57,904 nucleotides of DNA. Origin: an uncultured Candidatus Saccharibacteria bacterium (GTDB lineage: Bacteria > Patescibacteriota > Minisyncoccia > Portnoybacterales > UBA2143). The notes beneath the pieces are model-generated. The model saw nothing but the letters and a program-made list of their open reading frames with translations. It did not search any database and was not told the origin of the DNA. The position numbers and the translations under genes were made by a program. The stretch is taken from assembly GCA_964472495.1 (NCBI GenBank), contig CAYYLD010000003.1, positions 1 through 57,904 on the forward strand, in the 5' to 3' direction. Position 1 is the first letter of the stretch, and each line of letters opens with the position of its first letter. Shown one piece after another: positions 8,955 through 17,764 of the stretch.

Positions 8955-9558
8955 TATTTTGGATAAATCCTACGAAGAAGTTTTTCAAAGATTAAAGGTT
9001 TTTAAAAAGGAAGCTGTATTATCGGGCGGCACCGCACTTTCTTTACAAATTAAACATCGCCATTCTTATGATTTTGATTTATTCTTTAGCAAAGAATTAA
9101 GCCGGAATTTAATTGTAGAGGCGAGGAAGGCAATAAAAATAAAGGAAGTTGGTTTAAATACCCAAAAGCAAATAAATCTGATAACAACTAATAATATCTT
9201 ATTGAATTTAGTAAGTTATCCATTTAAACCTCTTTTCGGGAAAGTAATAACTTCTTCATTGCCTCTTTTGTCTATCAAAGATATCGCCCTTGATAAAGCT
9301 TACACCATTGGTAGACGAGCTGTTTGGCGAGATTATGTAGATATTTTTTTTCTGCTTAAAGATAAATATATCAGTTTGTCAGAAATTTCTAAACTGGCTT
9401 TAAAAAAGTTTGGTCCGGAATTTAATGAAAGATTATTTTTAGAACAATTAGTTTATTTTAAAGATTTAGAAGCCACGAAAATTTCCTTTATAAAAGAGAA
9501 ATACTCTAATAAACAAATACAGGGATTTTTACGGAACGCAGTGAAAAAGATTGAATAA
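8935..9558 (+). CDS. AbiEii/AbiGii-family nucleotidyltransferase toxin
   Basis: LSGGTALSLQIKHRHSYDFDLF, K...IGRRAVWRDYVD motifs. Confidence 0.88.
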   Translation: MSQLHFDILDKSYEEVFQRLKVFKKEAVLSGGTALSLQIKHRHSYDFDLFFSKELSRNLIVEARKAIKIKEVGLNTQKQINLITTNNILLNLVSYPFKPLFGKVITSSLPLLSIKDIALDKAYTIGRRAVWRDYVDIFFLLKDKYISLSEISKLALKKFGPEFNERLFLEQLVYFKDLEATKISFIKEKYSNKQIQGFLRNAVKKIE

Positions 9559-9578
9559 TAATGCCCAAGATTCCGATT
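9559..9578 (+). repeat. 20-bp direct repeat, right copy, containing the start of the 9561 gene
   Basis: Identical to 8619..8638. Confidence 0.9.
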
Positions 9579-10253
9579 AAAATTATGAAAGGTCAGTCGG
9601 CTGAAAAAGTGGCTGATGAATTGAAAGTAGATTTGCGGAATAATAGTGTTCAGCCGAAACAAAAACAGCCATCAAAAAAATGGCTGTTTTTGGGAATTCC
9701 AGGTTTGATTATAGTTGTCTTGTTAGTCAGCTGGCTTATTTTCAGTCAGGAAGAAATGCCTTTTGCTGGTTTAATTCCTCAAGAGGCAGTTATTTTCAGT
9801 TTAATTGACCAAACTGGTTTTTATCAACAGACCGCTCCTTTCAGTCAGTTTTTAAAAGATAGTAATTTTTACGGCCAAAGCGTTATTGACAAGCTTAGCA
9901 ATTATCTGACCGAGGCCAATTTGAATTTTGCTAAAGATATTCAGCCGCTTTTTAAGAAAGAAATGGCTTTTATCCTGTTGCCGGCTAATCAAGAGGTTAA
10001 ATTCCCTTTTATTTTAATTTTGGAAAAAGAGGTTTCCGGATCTAAAATAAGCCAAATTTTGGAAAAGATTGAACCGAAACTTAAACAGGACTATAATTTC
10101 TCTTCCCAAACCTATCGCCAGATTAGGATAACCATTTTAGAACCGCTGACCGACTCAAGCAATTATCTTTATGGTCAGATGGAAAATTATTTTGTTATCA
10201 GTAATTGTCAAAATTCTTTAGAAAAAATAATTAACTCCATCATTAACAAATGA
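9561..10253 (+). CDS. Membrane-anchored hypothetical protein (DUF3352-like)
   Basis: N-terminal TM (WLFLGIPGLIIVVLLVSWLIF) followed by a soluble domain. Confidence 0.55.
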   Translation: MPKIPIKIMKGQSAEKVADELKVDLRNNSVQPKQKQPSKKWLFLGIPGLIIVVLLVSWLIFSQEEMPFAGLIPQEAVIFSLIDQTGFYQQTAPFSQFLKDSNFYGQSVIDKLSNYLTEANLNFAKDIQPLFKKEMAFILLPANQEVKFPFILILEKEVSGSKISQILEKIEPKLKQDYNFSSQTYRQIRITILEPLTDSSNYLYGQMENYFVISNCQNSLEKIINSIINK

Positions 10254-10254
10254 T

Positions 10255-10274
10255 TGTGAATAAGTTGTGGATAA
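10255..10274 (-). promoter_or_regulatory. Two tandem DnaA-box matches
   Basis: TGTGAATAA (10255-63) and TGTGGATAA (10266-74) match TTATNCACA on the minus strand. Confidence 0.45.
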
Positions 10275-10367
10275 AGAGATTGATTCTCGGCCCTCTCTTT
10301 ATTTTAATGGCTTAATATAGCCATTTTTCGAATTATTGCTTAAAAGGATAAAAAGGAAAGTTTAAAG

Positions 10368-10396
10368 TTGACAAGAACAATTTCTGATCTCATAAT
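10368..10396 (+). promoter_or_regulatory. Sigma70-type promoter
   Basis: TTGACA-17 bp-CATAAT. Confidence 0.6.
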
Positions 10397-10634
10397 AGTA
10401 TTAGAGTCTTTTGCTGACTATTCTGGCTTTAAAGTAGTTCTTTAATTTCTTTTGACTTTTTCTAGATTCTTTACTGGAGGATGAAGAAGGAGGATAACAA
10501 GTCTGCCAAAGGTAAAAGAATTTAGGAAACAGACCAATAGTGAGCAGAGACAAAAATTGCCTTCTTGGAATCAAAGATAAAATATAATGGCTGTTTCTCG
10601 TCTTTGACGGGAATACCTGTATTCTAAAAAGGCA

Positions 10635-10689
10635 AAAGGGGTCTTGAGCCCTTTGAAGTAACAACTAACGGGCACATCAAGGCCCCTTT
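10635..10689 (+). other. Intergenic stem-loop
   Basis: AAAGGGGTCTTGA/TCAAGGCCCCTTT 13-bp stem with inner GCCC/GGGC. Confidence 0.5.
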
Positions 10690-10792
10690 AATATATCATA
10701 ATTTTGGTAATTAGTCAATGAAAAGTTGGCTTTTTTTTATTTTTTGGTGAAGTATTGTTGACATTATCTTTTTATGTTAAAATAGGAATAAC

Positions 10793-11170
10793 ATGGAGAA
10801 AGATTTACTCAAACAACAGGAGAAGCGATTGGAAGAAGAAAAAAAAAGATTGACTAAAGAGCTTAAATTTTTCGCTAAGAAAGACCCTAAATTAAAAGGG
10901 AACTGGCGAACGCGTTTCCCTTTCTTTGGTTTGAGCCGTTCTCATAAAGACGAGAGCGCTGAAGAAATAGAAGAATATGAGAATTTATTACCGGTTGAGC
11001 ATAGTTTGGAATTACGTCTTAAAGACATTGAAGATGCCTTAGAGAAAATTAAAAAAGGTAATTATGGCCAGTGCGAGAAATGCAAAAAAGAGATTGAATC
11101 GAAACGTCTGGAAGTTGTTCCGGAGGCCAGACTGTGCTTAAAGTGCGGCAAAAAAGAAGAAAAAGCTTAA
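10793..11170 (+). CDS. dksA: DksA/TraR C4 zinc-finger protein
   Basis: Coiled coil plus YGQCEKC...RLEVVPEARLCLKC. Confidence 0.88.
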   Translation: MEKDLLKQQEKRLEEEKKRLTKELKFFAKKDPKLKGNWRTRFPFFGLSRSHKDESAEEIEEYENLLPVEHSLELRLKDIEDALEKIKKGNYGQCEKCKKEIESKRLEVVPEARLCLKCGKKEEKA

Positions 11171-11189
11171 ATTATTTTGATAGTGGGAT

Positions 11190-11219
11190 AAAAACCTGCT
11201 AAAATCATAGCAGGTTTTT
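11190..11219 (+). terminator. Intrinsic terminator
   Basis: AAAAACCTGCTA/TAGCAGGTTTTT inverted repeat. Confidence 0.7.
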
Positions 11220-11238
11220 GATTAGGAGGGATTTTTTT

Positions 11239-12777
11239 ATGTTGGCCAAAGTATATTCAGCCGGCTTGGTCGGTTTAAGGGCTCAGCCGATTGAGGTAGA
11301 AGTTGATTTGCCGACCGGCTTACATTATTTTCATATTGTTGGCTTACCCGATAAAGCAGTTAATGAATCCAGAGAAAGAGTTTCCTCGGCTGTTAAAAAT
11401 AGCGGTTTTCAGCCGCCTGAGCGAAGCCGCCGCCGCGTAATTGTTAATTTAGCTCCAGCCCATTTAAAAAAAGAAGGACCGGCTTATGATTTGCCGATGG
11501 CCATTGCTTTCTTATTAGCCAATAATCAAATTAATCTTGAAAATTTGGAAGATAAACTTTTCCTTGGCGAGCTGTCTCTGGAAGGGAAGGTCCGGCCGGT
11601 TAATGGTCTTTTAGCCATTGCTTTAATGGCTAAAGAGGAAAAGTTTCAGACCCTGTTTGTCCCTCAAGAAAATGCGGCCGAAGCCGCTTTGATTAAGGGA
11701 TTGGAAATTATTCCGGTTGAATCGTTGGGCCAATTAATTGCTCATCTAAAAGGAGAAAAACTAATTCCCCGGCGACCTCGTTTGGAGATTAAACAATTTT
11801 CTTCAGCTAATGATTCCTTAACCGACTTGGCCTATATCAAAGGCCAGGAGCAAGCTAAGCGGGCTTTGGAGATTGCGGCAGCTGGCGGTCATAATATTTT
11901 GATGCATGGGCCGCCCGGGGCCGGTAAAACTTTGTTGGCTCGCGCCTTTCCTTCCATTCTGCCTCCTTTAACTTTTAATGAGGCCTTGGAAGTGACTAGG
12001 ATTTTTAGTGTGGCCGGTTATTTACTTAGTGGACAGCCTTTACTAACCAGTCGGCCTTTCCGGGCGCCTCATCATACTGCTTCGGCTATTTCTTTAATTG
12101 GTGGCGGCTCTTATCCGCGACCGGGTGAAATTACCCTGGCCCATCGGGGTGTTCTTTTTCTGGATGAATTTCCTGAATTTAATCGTCAGGTTTTAGAGAG
12201 TTTGCGTCAGCCCTTAGAAGACGGCCTGATTACTGTTTGTCGAGCCAGGGGCAGTTTAACTTTTCCGGCCAAGTTTATTCTGATCGGCGCGATGAATCCT
12301 TGTCCTTGTGGTAAATTAGACGACCCCCAGCAGTCATGTACCTGTTCACCGGCCCAAGTGACTAAATATCAAAGGAAAATTTCCGGACCGCTTTTGGACA
12401 GGATTGATTTACATATTGAGGTGCCTCGATTAACCTATGATAAATTGGTCAGTCAGAAAGTAGCCCAATCTTCTGATTCAGTCAGACATCGGGTGATTAA
12501 AACCAGGAGGAAACAAAGAGAAAGGTTTGCCGGCCAGCCAGGGATTTTGACCAATAGCGAAATGGGCTTGGGAGAGATTAAAAAATATTGTCAGATTGAT
12601 TTGACCGGTCAAAGTTTATTGAGGCAAGCGATGAATCAACTCCACTTATCGGCTCGTTCCTATCACCGTTTATTAAAATTGGCCCGGACCATCGCTGATT
12701 TAGAGGAAATAGAACAGATTCAAGCTAATCACATTGCCGAAGCAATTCAATACCGACCCAAACAGGAGGAGATATAG
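11239..12777 (+). CDS. comM: YifB/ComM Mg-chelatase-like AAA+ ATPase
   Basis: GLPDKAVNESRERV, GPPGAGKT, PHH, LFLDEFPEF, AMNPCPCG; start at ATG 11239. Confidence 0.95.
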   Translation: MLAKVYSAGLVGLRAQPIEVEVDLPTGLHYFHIVGLPDKAVNESRERVSSAVKNSGFQPPERSRRRVIVNLAPAHLKKEGPAYDLPMAIAFLLANNQINLENLEDKLFLGELSLEGKVRPVNGLLAIALMAKEEKFQTLFVPQENAAEAALIKGLEIIPVESLGQLIAHLKGEKLIPRRPRLEIKQFSSANDSLTDLAYIKGQEQAKRALEIAAAGGHNILMHGPPGAGKTLLARAFPSILPPLTFNEALEVTRIFSVAGYLLSGQPLLTSRPFRAPHHTASAISLIGGGSYPRPGEITLAHRGVLFLDEFPEFNRQVLESLRQPLEDGLITVCRARGSLTFPAKFILIGAMNPCPCGKLDDPQQSCTCSPAQVTKYQRKISGPLLDRIDLHIEVPRLTYDKLVSQKVAQSSDSVRHRVIKTRRKQRERFAGQPGILTNSEMGLGEIKKYCQIDLTGQSLLRQAMNQLHLSARSYHRLLKLARTIADLEEIEQIQANHIAEAIQYRPKQEEI

Positions 12778-12778
12778 A

Positions 12779-12810
12779 ATCAAAAAACTACCCGCGGGTA
12801 GTTTTTTGAT
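12779..12810. terminator. Bidirectional terminator between convergent genes
   Basis: Perfect 32-bp palindrome ATCAAAAAACTACCCGCGGGTAGTTTTTTGAT. Confidence 0.8.
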
Positions 12811-12829
12811 AAAAGATTGAATTTAAAGC

Positions 12830-13933
12830 TTAGTAAATGAATCCCTTGACATTAGAACTGCCAATCGGAATCCAGCGGACACTGACTTGGCCCCAGCCGA
12901 TTCGGTTCATTTCGGAAACTAAGAAGCGGTTAGCTTCTACCTTAATGACATAGGCCACATGCCCATAGAGCAGGGCCAGCCAGCCGCCGTCTTTCAAACT
13001 GACAATTGCCCCGACTGTCGGCTGACAGCCTGAACCCCAGCAAACCGGATAGCCGGCTGCTTGAGCGTTGGCCAGCCAATTTTTAGCGTGGCCGGACCAG
13101 GTGACCACTCTTTTTTGAGCGACATACCAGGTACATTGGCCGTAAGGAAAGGAACGGCTTTGGCCGGTACCTGTCCCGCTGTAACTTGGTTGAGCGACAT
13201 AGCTGTAGCTCGGAGCAGGCATCTGGCCGTCGGGAACGACTAATTTTTGGCCAATTTGGATTGTTCCATCAGCTAGCAGGGCATTAAAGACGATGACCTC
13301 TTCTTCATCGGCTTGGTAATATTTGGCGATGCCGCCGATTGTCTCGCCGCTTTTAACCCGATGAAGAACGCCCGTGACTGGTAAAACAGTTAATTCGTCG
13401 CCCGGCCGGATAATGCTGGTGGCCGAGAGACTGTTAGCCCAAAGCAGGGTATTGGTAGTGATGCCAAAAGAAGCGGCAATACTGGAGACAGTATCGCCTT
13501 CTTGGACCACGTAAGAGATAAGACCACTGCGCGGGTCTTGACTGATGAAGGTAGTTGGACAATTTTGGGCTAAAAGAGCTTGTTCTTGGAGAAGGATTAA
13601 AGAGGTATCTTGAGAGAAGCTTTTTTCAACGGCTAAAGGAACGTCTGGTTGATTAGCTAAACTGGCTAGAGAATTAGCCGTTAAATAGGATTGATTAATT
13701 GAGGAACCTTCTGAGACGGGCTCGATTTCTTTTTTAGCCTCTTCAATAATAATTGACTTGTCTTGGCTAAGACCAAGAAGTAAAAACTGTTCTACTCCCT
13801 TGACCGGATTGGATAGGGAGAAAGTTAGGCCAAATAAAATAACTGCCGCTAAGAGCAGTTTTTTGTTACTTCGTCTGATTTGGCTGTGAAAATACTTAGC
13901 TAGCCGATGAAAAAATTGTCTGATGGTACCCAT
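12830..13933 (-). CDS. LysM x2 + CHAP-domain peptidoglycan hydrolase
   Basis: YVVQEGDTVSSIA and HRVKSGETIGGIA LysM repeats; YGQCTWYV and YGHVAYV CHAP motifs. Confidence 0.9.
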   Translation of the reverse strand: MGTIRQFFHRLAKYFHSQIRRSNKKLLLAAVILFGLTFSLSNPVKGVEQFLLLGLSQDKSIIIEEAKKEIEPVSEGSSINQSYLTANSLASLANQPDVPLAVEKSFSQDTSLILLQEQALLAQNCPTTFISQDPRSGLISYVVQEGDTVSSIAASFGITTNTLLWANSLSATSIIRPGDELTVLPVTGVLHRVKSGETIGGIAKYYQADEEEVIVFNALLADGTIQIGQKLVVPDGQMPAPSYSYVAQPSYSGTGTGQSRSFPYGQCTWYVAQKRVVTWSGHAKNWLANAQAAGYPVCWGSGCQPTVGAIVSLKDGGWLALLYGHVAYVIKVEANRFLVSEMNRIGWGQVSVRWIPIGSSNVKGFIY

Positions 13934-14031
13934 AGGTACTAGTACTAGTCTATCCTAACCCTTTCTTCCTGTCAATCTTTAATTGTGGATACGCTCTCGG
14001 CTTGATTGATGATTGATGCCTTGGACGGTTC

Positions 14032-14295
14032 TTATTTGATCTTTTCAATCGCTTTAGTTAGACGTGATTTTTTACGGCTGGCCGTATTTTTTTTAATTAC
14101 TCCCCGCTTAGCCGCTTTATCAATAGCTTGATAGGTTTTGGGGAGAATTTTGAGGGCTTCTGCTTTTTTCCCTTCTTTAACCAGATCTTTGGCTCGTTTA
14201 ACCAAGCTTCTCATCTTGGTTAACCGACGCAGATTAAAAGTCCGTCGGCGACGGCTTTGACGAAGAGCTTTTTGAGCTGATTTTGTTACAGGCAT
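14032..14295 (-). CDS. rpsT: 30S ribosomal protein S20
   Basis: MPVTKSAQKALRQ...IDKAAKRGVIKKNTASRKKSRL. Confidence 0.96.
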   Translation of the reverse strand: MPVTKSAQKALRQSRRRRTFNLRRLTKMRSLVKRAKDLVKEGKKAEALKILPKTYQAIDKAAKRGVIKKNTASRKKSRLTKAIEKIK

Positions 14296-14353
14296 AATAA
14301 TAGAGTTTAACCCAATCTTTTAATTTAGGCAAGCTTGTGGTAGGATTTTAGGT

Positions 14354-14923
14354 ATGATTGCTCTACTCGAAGGCAAGATTGAATTAAAGACAGACAAATT
14401 TGTTATCCTGAAGTCAGGCGGTGTTGGTTATAAGGTTTTTTGCGGAGTTAATACTTTAGAAAAATTGCCCTCGGCCGGTGCCGAAGCTAAACTGTTCACC
14501 CATCTTTATCCACGGGAAAATATTTTGGATTTATACGGCTTTCTATCATTTGAAGAATTAGAGTTTTTTGAAATGCTTATCTCGGTCAGCGGCATCGGGC
14601 CTAAAGCAGGTTTAGCCGTTTTATCAATTGCTTCCTTGAGAGAGTTAAAGGCCTCGATTGCCAGCGGCCAGGTCAGTTTATTGACCAAGGTCTCCGGCAT
14701 CGGCAAGAAAATGGCCGAAAGAGTCATTTTAGAGTTAGGTAATAAGATTTTGGTTTCCGGGCGGGAGGTTTCTAAATTAGTAGCTGACGATGAAGCAGTT
14801 GAGGCCTTAGTTAGTTTGGGTTATCAGCAGCGGCTGGCTCGGGAAGCTCTTAAACAAATTCCTCCTAAAGTAAAGGGAATCGCTAATCGGCTTAAAGAAG
14901 CCCTCAAAATTTTAGGGAAATAA
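14354..14923 (+). CDS. ruvA: Holliday junction branch migration protein RuvA
   Basis: GGVGYKV, LYGF, VSGIGPK, GIGKKMAERVILEL. Confidence 0.96.
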   Translation: MIALLEGKIELKTDKFVILKSGGVGYKVFCGVNTLEKLPSAGAEAKLFTHLYPRENILDLYGFLSFEELEFFEMLISVSGIGPKAGLAVLSIASLRELKASIASGQVSLLTKVSGIGKKMAERVILELGNKILVSGREVSKLVADDEAVEALVSLGYQQRLAREALKQIPPKVKGIANRLKEALKILGK

Positions 14924-14924
14924 T

Positions 14925-15872
14925 ATGTTAAAAGAGCAGTGGGACCAGTTTGTTATTGAGAATAAGGGGTCCTTTTTACAATCCTGGACTTGGGGCGAGT
15001 TTCAAGAATCTCTGAACGGAAAAATCTGGCGTCTCGAGATAGAAAGATTAAAAGGATTGGTTGTTAAACGCGATTTGCCTTTAGGAAAGAGTTATTTGTA
15101 TTGTCCGCGCGGCCCGGTCGGCCAAGTAGCTGAAGATAATTTCCGGAAATTTTTAGCTCAAGTTAAAAGAATTAGCCAGACAGAAAAAAGTATTTTCTTT
15201 AAAATTGAACCGCCTGTCGGGGCGTCCCTTTTGACCATCCCGGGAACTACACCCTTGAGGAAGTCAGAGAACCAGATTCAGCCGGTTAAAACTCTGATTT
15301 CGGATATTTCTCAACCCGAGGAAGAGCTATTAGCTCAAATGCATCAGAAGACGAGATATAATATTAGATTGGCTCAGCGAAAAGGAGTTAAAATTGAAAT
15401 TTCTTCCGGAAATCATTCTCAAGAAGTAGAAAAATTCTTAGAATTGTCAGCGGCCACCGCCAAACGGGATAAATTCCATCTTCATTCTCAAACATACTAT
15501 CGGAAAATGCTGGAAGTTTTAGGTCAGGAGGGGATAATTAAGTTATTTTTAGCCAGATATCAAAACCGGATTATTGTGGCTAACCTGATTTGTTTTTTCG
15601 GCCAGACGGCTACTTATTTACACGGCGCTTCTGACCATAATTTCCGTCATTTAATGGCCCCTCATTTATGCCAATGGCAGGCCATTTTAGAAGCTAAAAG
15701 GCTTGGCTGTCAGTACTATGATTTCTGGGGCATTGATGAACAAAGATGGCCGGGGGTAACCCGTTTCAAAAAAGGATTTAATGGTCAAGAGGTTGATTAC
15801 CCGGGCAGTTTTGATTTATTTTTTCAGCCATTTTGGTATCGGCTTTATCATTTAGCTAAAAAAGTTCTTTAA
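14925..15872 (+). CDS. FemAB/FemX-family peptidoglycan bridge peptidyltransferase
   Basis: SFLQSWTWGEF, YCPRGP, KTRYNIRLA, YDFWG, GVTRFKKGF. Confidence 0.88.
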   Translation: MLKEQWDQFVIENKGSFLQSWTWGEFQESLNGKIWRLEIERLKGLVVKRDLPLGKSYLYCPRGPVGQVAEDNFRKFLAQVKRISQTEKSIFFKIEPPVGASLLTIPGTTPLRKSENQIQPVKTLISDISQPEEELLAQMHQKTRYNIRLAQRKGVKIEISSGNHSQEVEKFLELSAATAKRDKFHLHSQTYYRKMLEVLGQEGIIKLFLARYQNRIIVANLICFFGQTATYLHGASDHNFRHLMAPHLCQWQAILEAKRLGCQYYDFWGIDEQRWPGVTRFKKGFNGQEVDYPGSFDLFFQPFWYRLYHLAKKVL

Positions 15873-15987
15873 ATCTTTGACAAAGTGTTCTTTTTTGTGA
15901 TATATAAAATTTCAAAAGGGACGCCCTTTAAAGGGACGCCCTTGGAGGAAAAGAAAAAGAACTTTAAGATATTTTAAGGAGGAAATA

Positions 15988-16314
15988 ATGAATGAGAGAC
16001 TGGAAATGGCGGACGAGGAGGTGATAAGAGTTTTGAAAAAGTTTGGCACAGTTGAGAAAGAGCCCTTTCATACCTTCCGAGTCAGAATCCGGAATTTTTG
16101 GGGAAACTGGTTAAGGGGCCGGGGTAACCCCTCTATCTTAGTAGAACTTATAGATAACGGCATATCTTTTTCGCCAATCGTTTCCCTGTCTTTTGGATTG
16201 GGTTCTAAAATAAGAAAGGTGAGTTTTAGGCGAGCCGAGGCGAAGGCCGGAGAGATTAAGAGAGCTGTCCAGCAATTTCTAAGACAAAAGGAAGAAGAAT
16301 TGAAGGGAAAATAA
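15988..16314 (+). CDS. Hypothetical protein
   Basis: Strong AAGGAGG SD, upstream TTGACA and downstream terminator; no recognisable motif. Confidence 0.6.
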   Translation: MNERLEMADEEVIRVLKKFGTVEKEPFHTFRVRIRNFWGNWLRGRGNPSILVELIDNGISFSPIVSLSFGLGSKIRKVSFRRAEAKAGEIKRAVQQFLRQKEEELKGK

Positions 16315-16333
16315 ATTCTCAGTATCTATCCAG

Positions 16334-16361
16334 GGGTCGGCAGTTATCAGCCGGCTCTTTT
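16334..16361 (+). terminator. Intrinsic terminator
   Basis: GGGTCGGC/GCCGGCTC stem with G-U pairs plus T-run. Confidence 0.55.
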
Positions 16362-16393
16362 ATTTTTCCCCGGAAGCTGTTATTTTAAAGATA

Positions 16394-17764
16394 ATGAAGA
16401 ACTTCCTGAGAAAACTTACACCTGATTTTTTGCTAAACTGGTATCATTTTGGCTGGGCTTTACTGGGAGCGATTGTTTATCGCTTTCCCTCAAAGCAGCT
16501 GAAAGTAATTGGCATAACCGGGACCAACGGTAAATCGACGGTTGTTTCTTTGATTAGTCAGATTTTAGAAGAAACTGGCTATCGAGTGGCTTCTCTTTCT
16601 TCGATTCAGTTTAAAATTAAAGATAAGATTTGGCCTAATACTTTAAAAATGACTATGCCCGGCCGTTTGAAGCTGCAGAAATTTCTGCGACAAGCCGTGC
16701 GGGCCGGCTGTCAATACGCTGTTTTGGAAGTGACTTCCGAAGGCATCAAACAGCACCGTCATCAATTTATTGATTTCGGAACAGCTCTTTTGACTAATTT
16801 AACGGCCGAACATTTAGAAAGTCATGGCGGTTTTGATAACTACCGAAGAGCCAAAGGAAAACTTTTTCAGAAAATTGGCCATCAGGGAAAAACAATTGTT
16901 AATCTAGATGACCCATCAGCCGATTATTTTCTCCAATTTAAAGCAGCCGAGAAATACGGCTATGTTATGAATCAAAAAGATGTAGTTGCCGGGGCGTTCC
17001 TTTTTGCTACACCTAAAGGGTCGCCCTTTCGGACACGTCCTTTGCTCCGCAAAGGGCGTGATCCTCAACGGCAACCCTTATTAGTCAAAAGAGACGCCCC
17101 GAGAATTATTCAAGCCAGAAATTGCCGGGTAAGCCGAAAAGGAATCGGCTTTTCAATCGAGGGAGTGGATTTTAATCTAAATCTTTTAGGCAGGTTTAAT
17201 ATCGCTAATGCTTTAGCCGCTATAACCATTGGATTAGCCGAGGAAATCCCTTTGGCTAAAATTAAATTGGCTCTAGAGAAAATCAAAGGCCTGCCCGGTC
17301 GCCTGGAAATAGTAATTAAAGAGCCATATACGGTTATCGTTGATTACGCCCATACGCCTGACGCTTTGGAGAAGGTTTATCAAACGATTAGAGAAGTTTT
17401 TCCGGGGCGGTTAATTGGTCTTTTGGGAGCGGCCGGCGGCGGTCGCGATAAGTGGAAACGGCCTCAATTAGGTCAAATTGCCGAAAAATATTTAGATAAG
17501 ATTGTTATTACCAATGAAGACCCTTATGACGAAGAACCTCGATCAATTATCGACCAGGTAGCCGCCGGTTTAGAACAAAAACAGGCCCAGAAAGTTCTTG
17601 ACCGGCGTCAGGCCATCAGACAAGCTCTCAAGATAGCCCGGGCCGGCGATATTGTTATCATTACGGGCAAAGGTTGTGAGCCGTGGATATGTGTGGCTAA
17701 TGGCAAAAAAATGCCCTGGGATGACCGGCAGGTAGTTAGGGAGGAATTTGGCAAGATACATTAA
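16394..17764 (+). CDS. murE: UDP-N-acetylmuramoyl-tripeptide synthetase (MurE-type Mur ligase) with an in-frame palindromic insert
   Basis: GITGTNGKST, LEVTSEG, TNLTAEHL, VDYAHTPD, GAAGGGRD, NEDPYDE, GKG. Confidence 0.9.
   Translation: MKNFLRKLTPDFLLNWYHFGWALLGAIVYRFPSKQLKVIGITGTNGKSTVVSLISQILEETGYRVASLSSIQFKIKDKIWPNTLKMTMPGRLKLQKFLRQAVRAGCQYAVLEVTSEGIKQHRHQFIDFGTALLTNLTAEHLESHGGFDNYRRAKGKLFQKIGHQGKTIVNLDDPSADYFLQFKAAEKYGYVMNQKDVVAGAFLFATPKGSPFRTRPLLRKGRDPQRQPLLVKRDAPRIIQARNCRVSRKGIGFSIEGVDFNLNLLGRFNIANALAAITIGLAEEIPLAKIKLALEKIKGLPGRLEIVIKEPYTVIVDYAHTPDALEKVYQTIREVFPGRLIGLLGAAGGGRDKWKRPQLGQIAEKYLDKIVITNEDPYDEEPRSIIDQVAAGLEQKQAQKVLDRRQAIRQALKIARAGDIVIITGKGCEPWICVANGKKMPWDDRQVVREEFGKIH
16990..17101. 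repeat. ~112-bp imperfect palindrome inserted in frame in murE
   Basis: Nested arms GGGGCG..TTTTG/CAAAA..CGCCCC, TAAAGGGTCGCC/GGCAACCCTTA and CACGTCCTTTGC-TCC-GCAAAGGGCGTG. Confidence 0.8.

Noticed and set aside
10255-10400. Replication origin
   Set aside because: Only two DnaA boxes, no dnaA/dnaN nearby, and skew was not computed.
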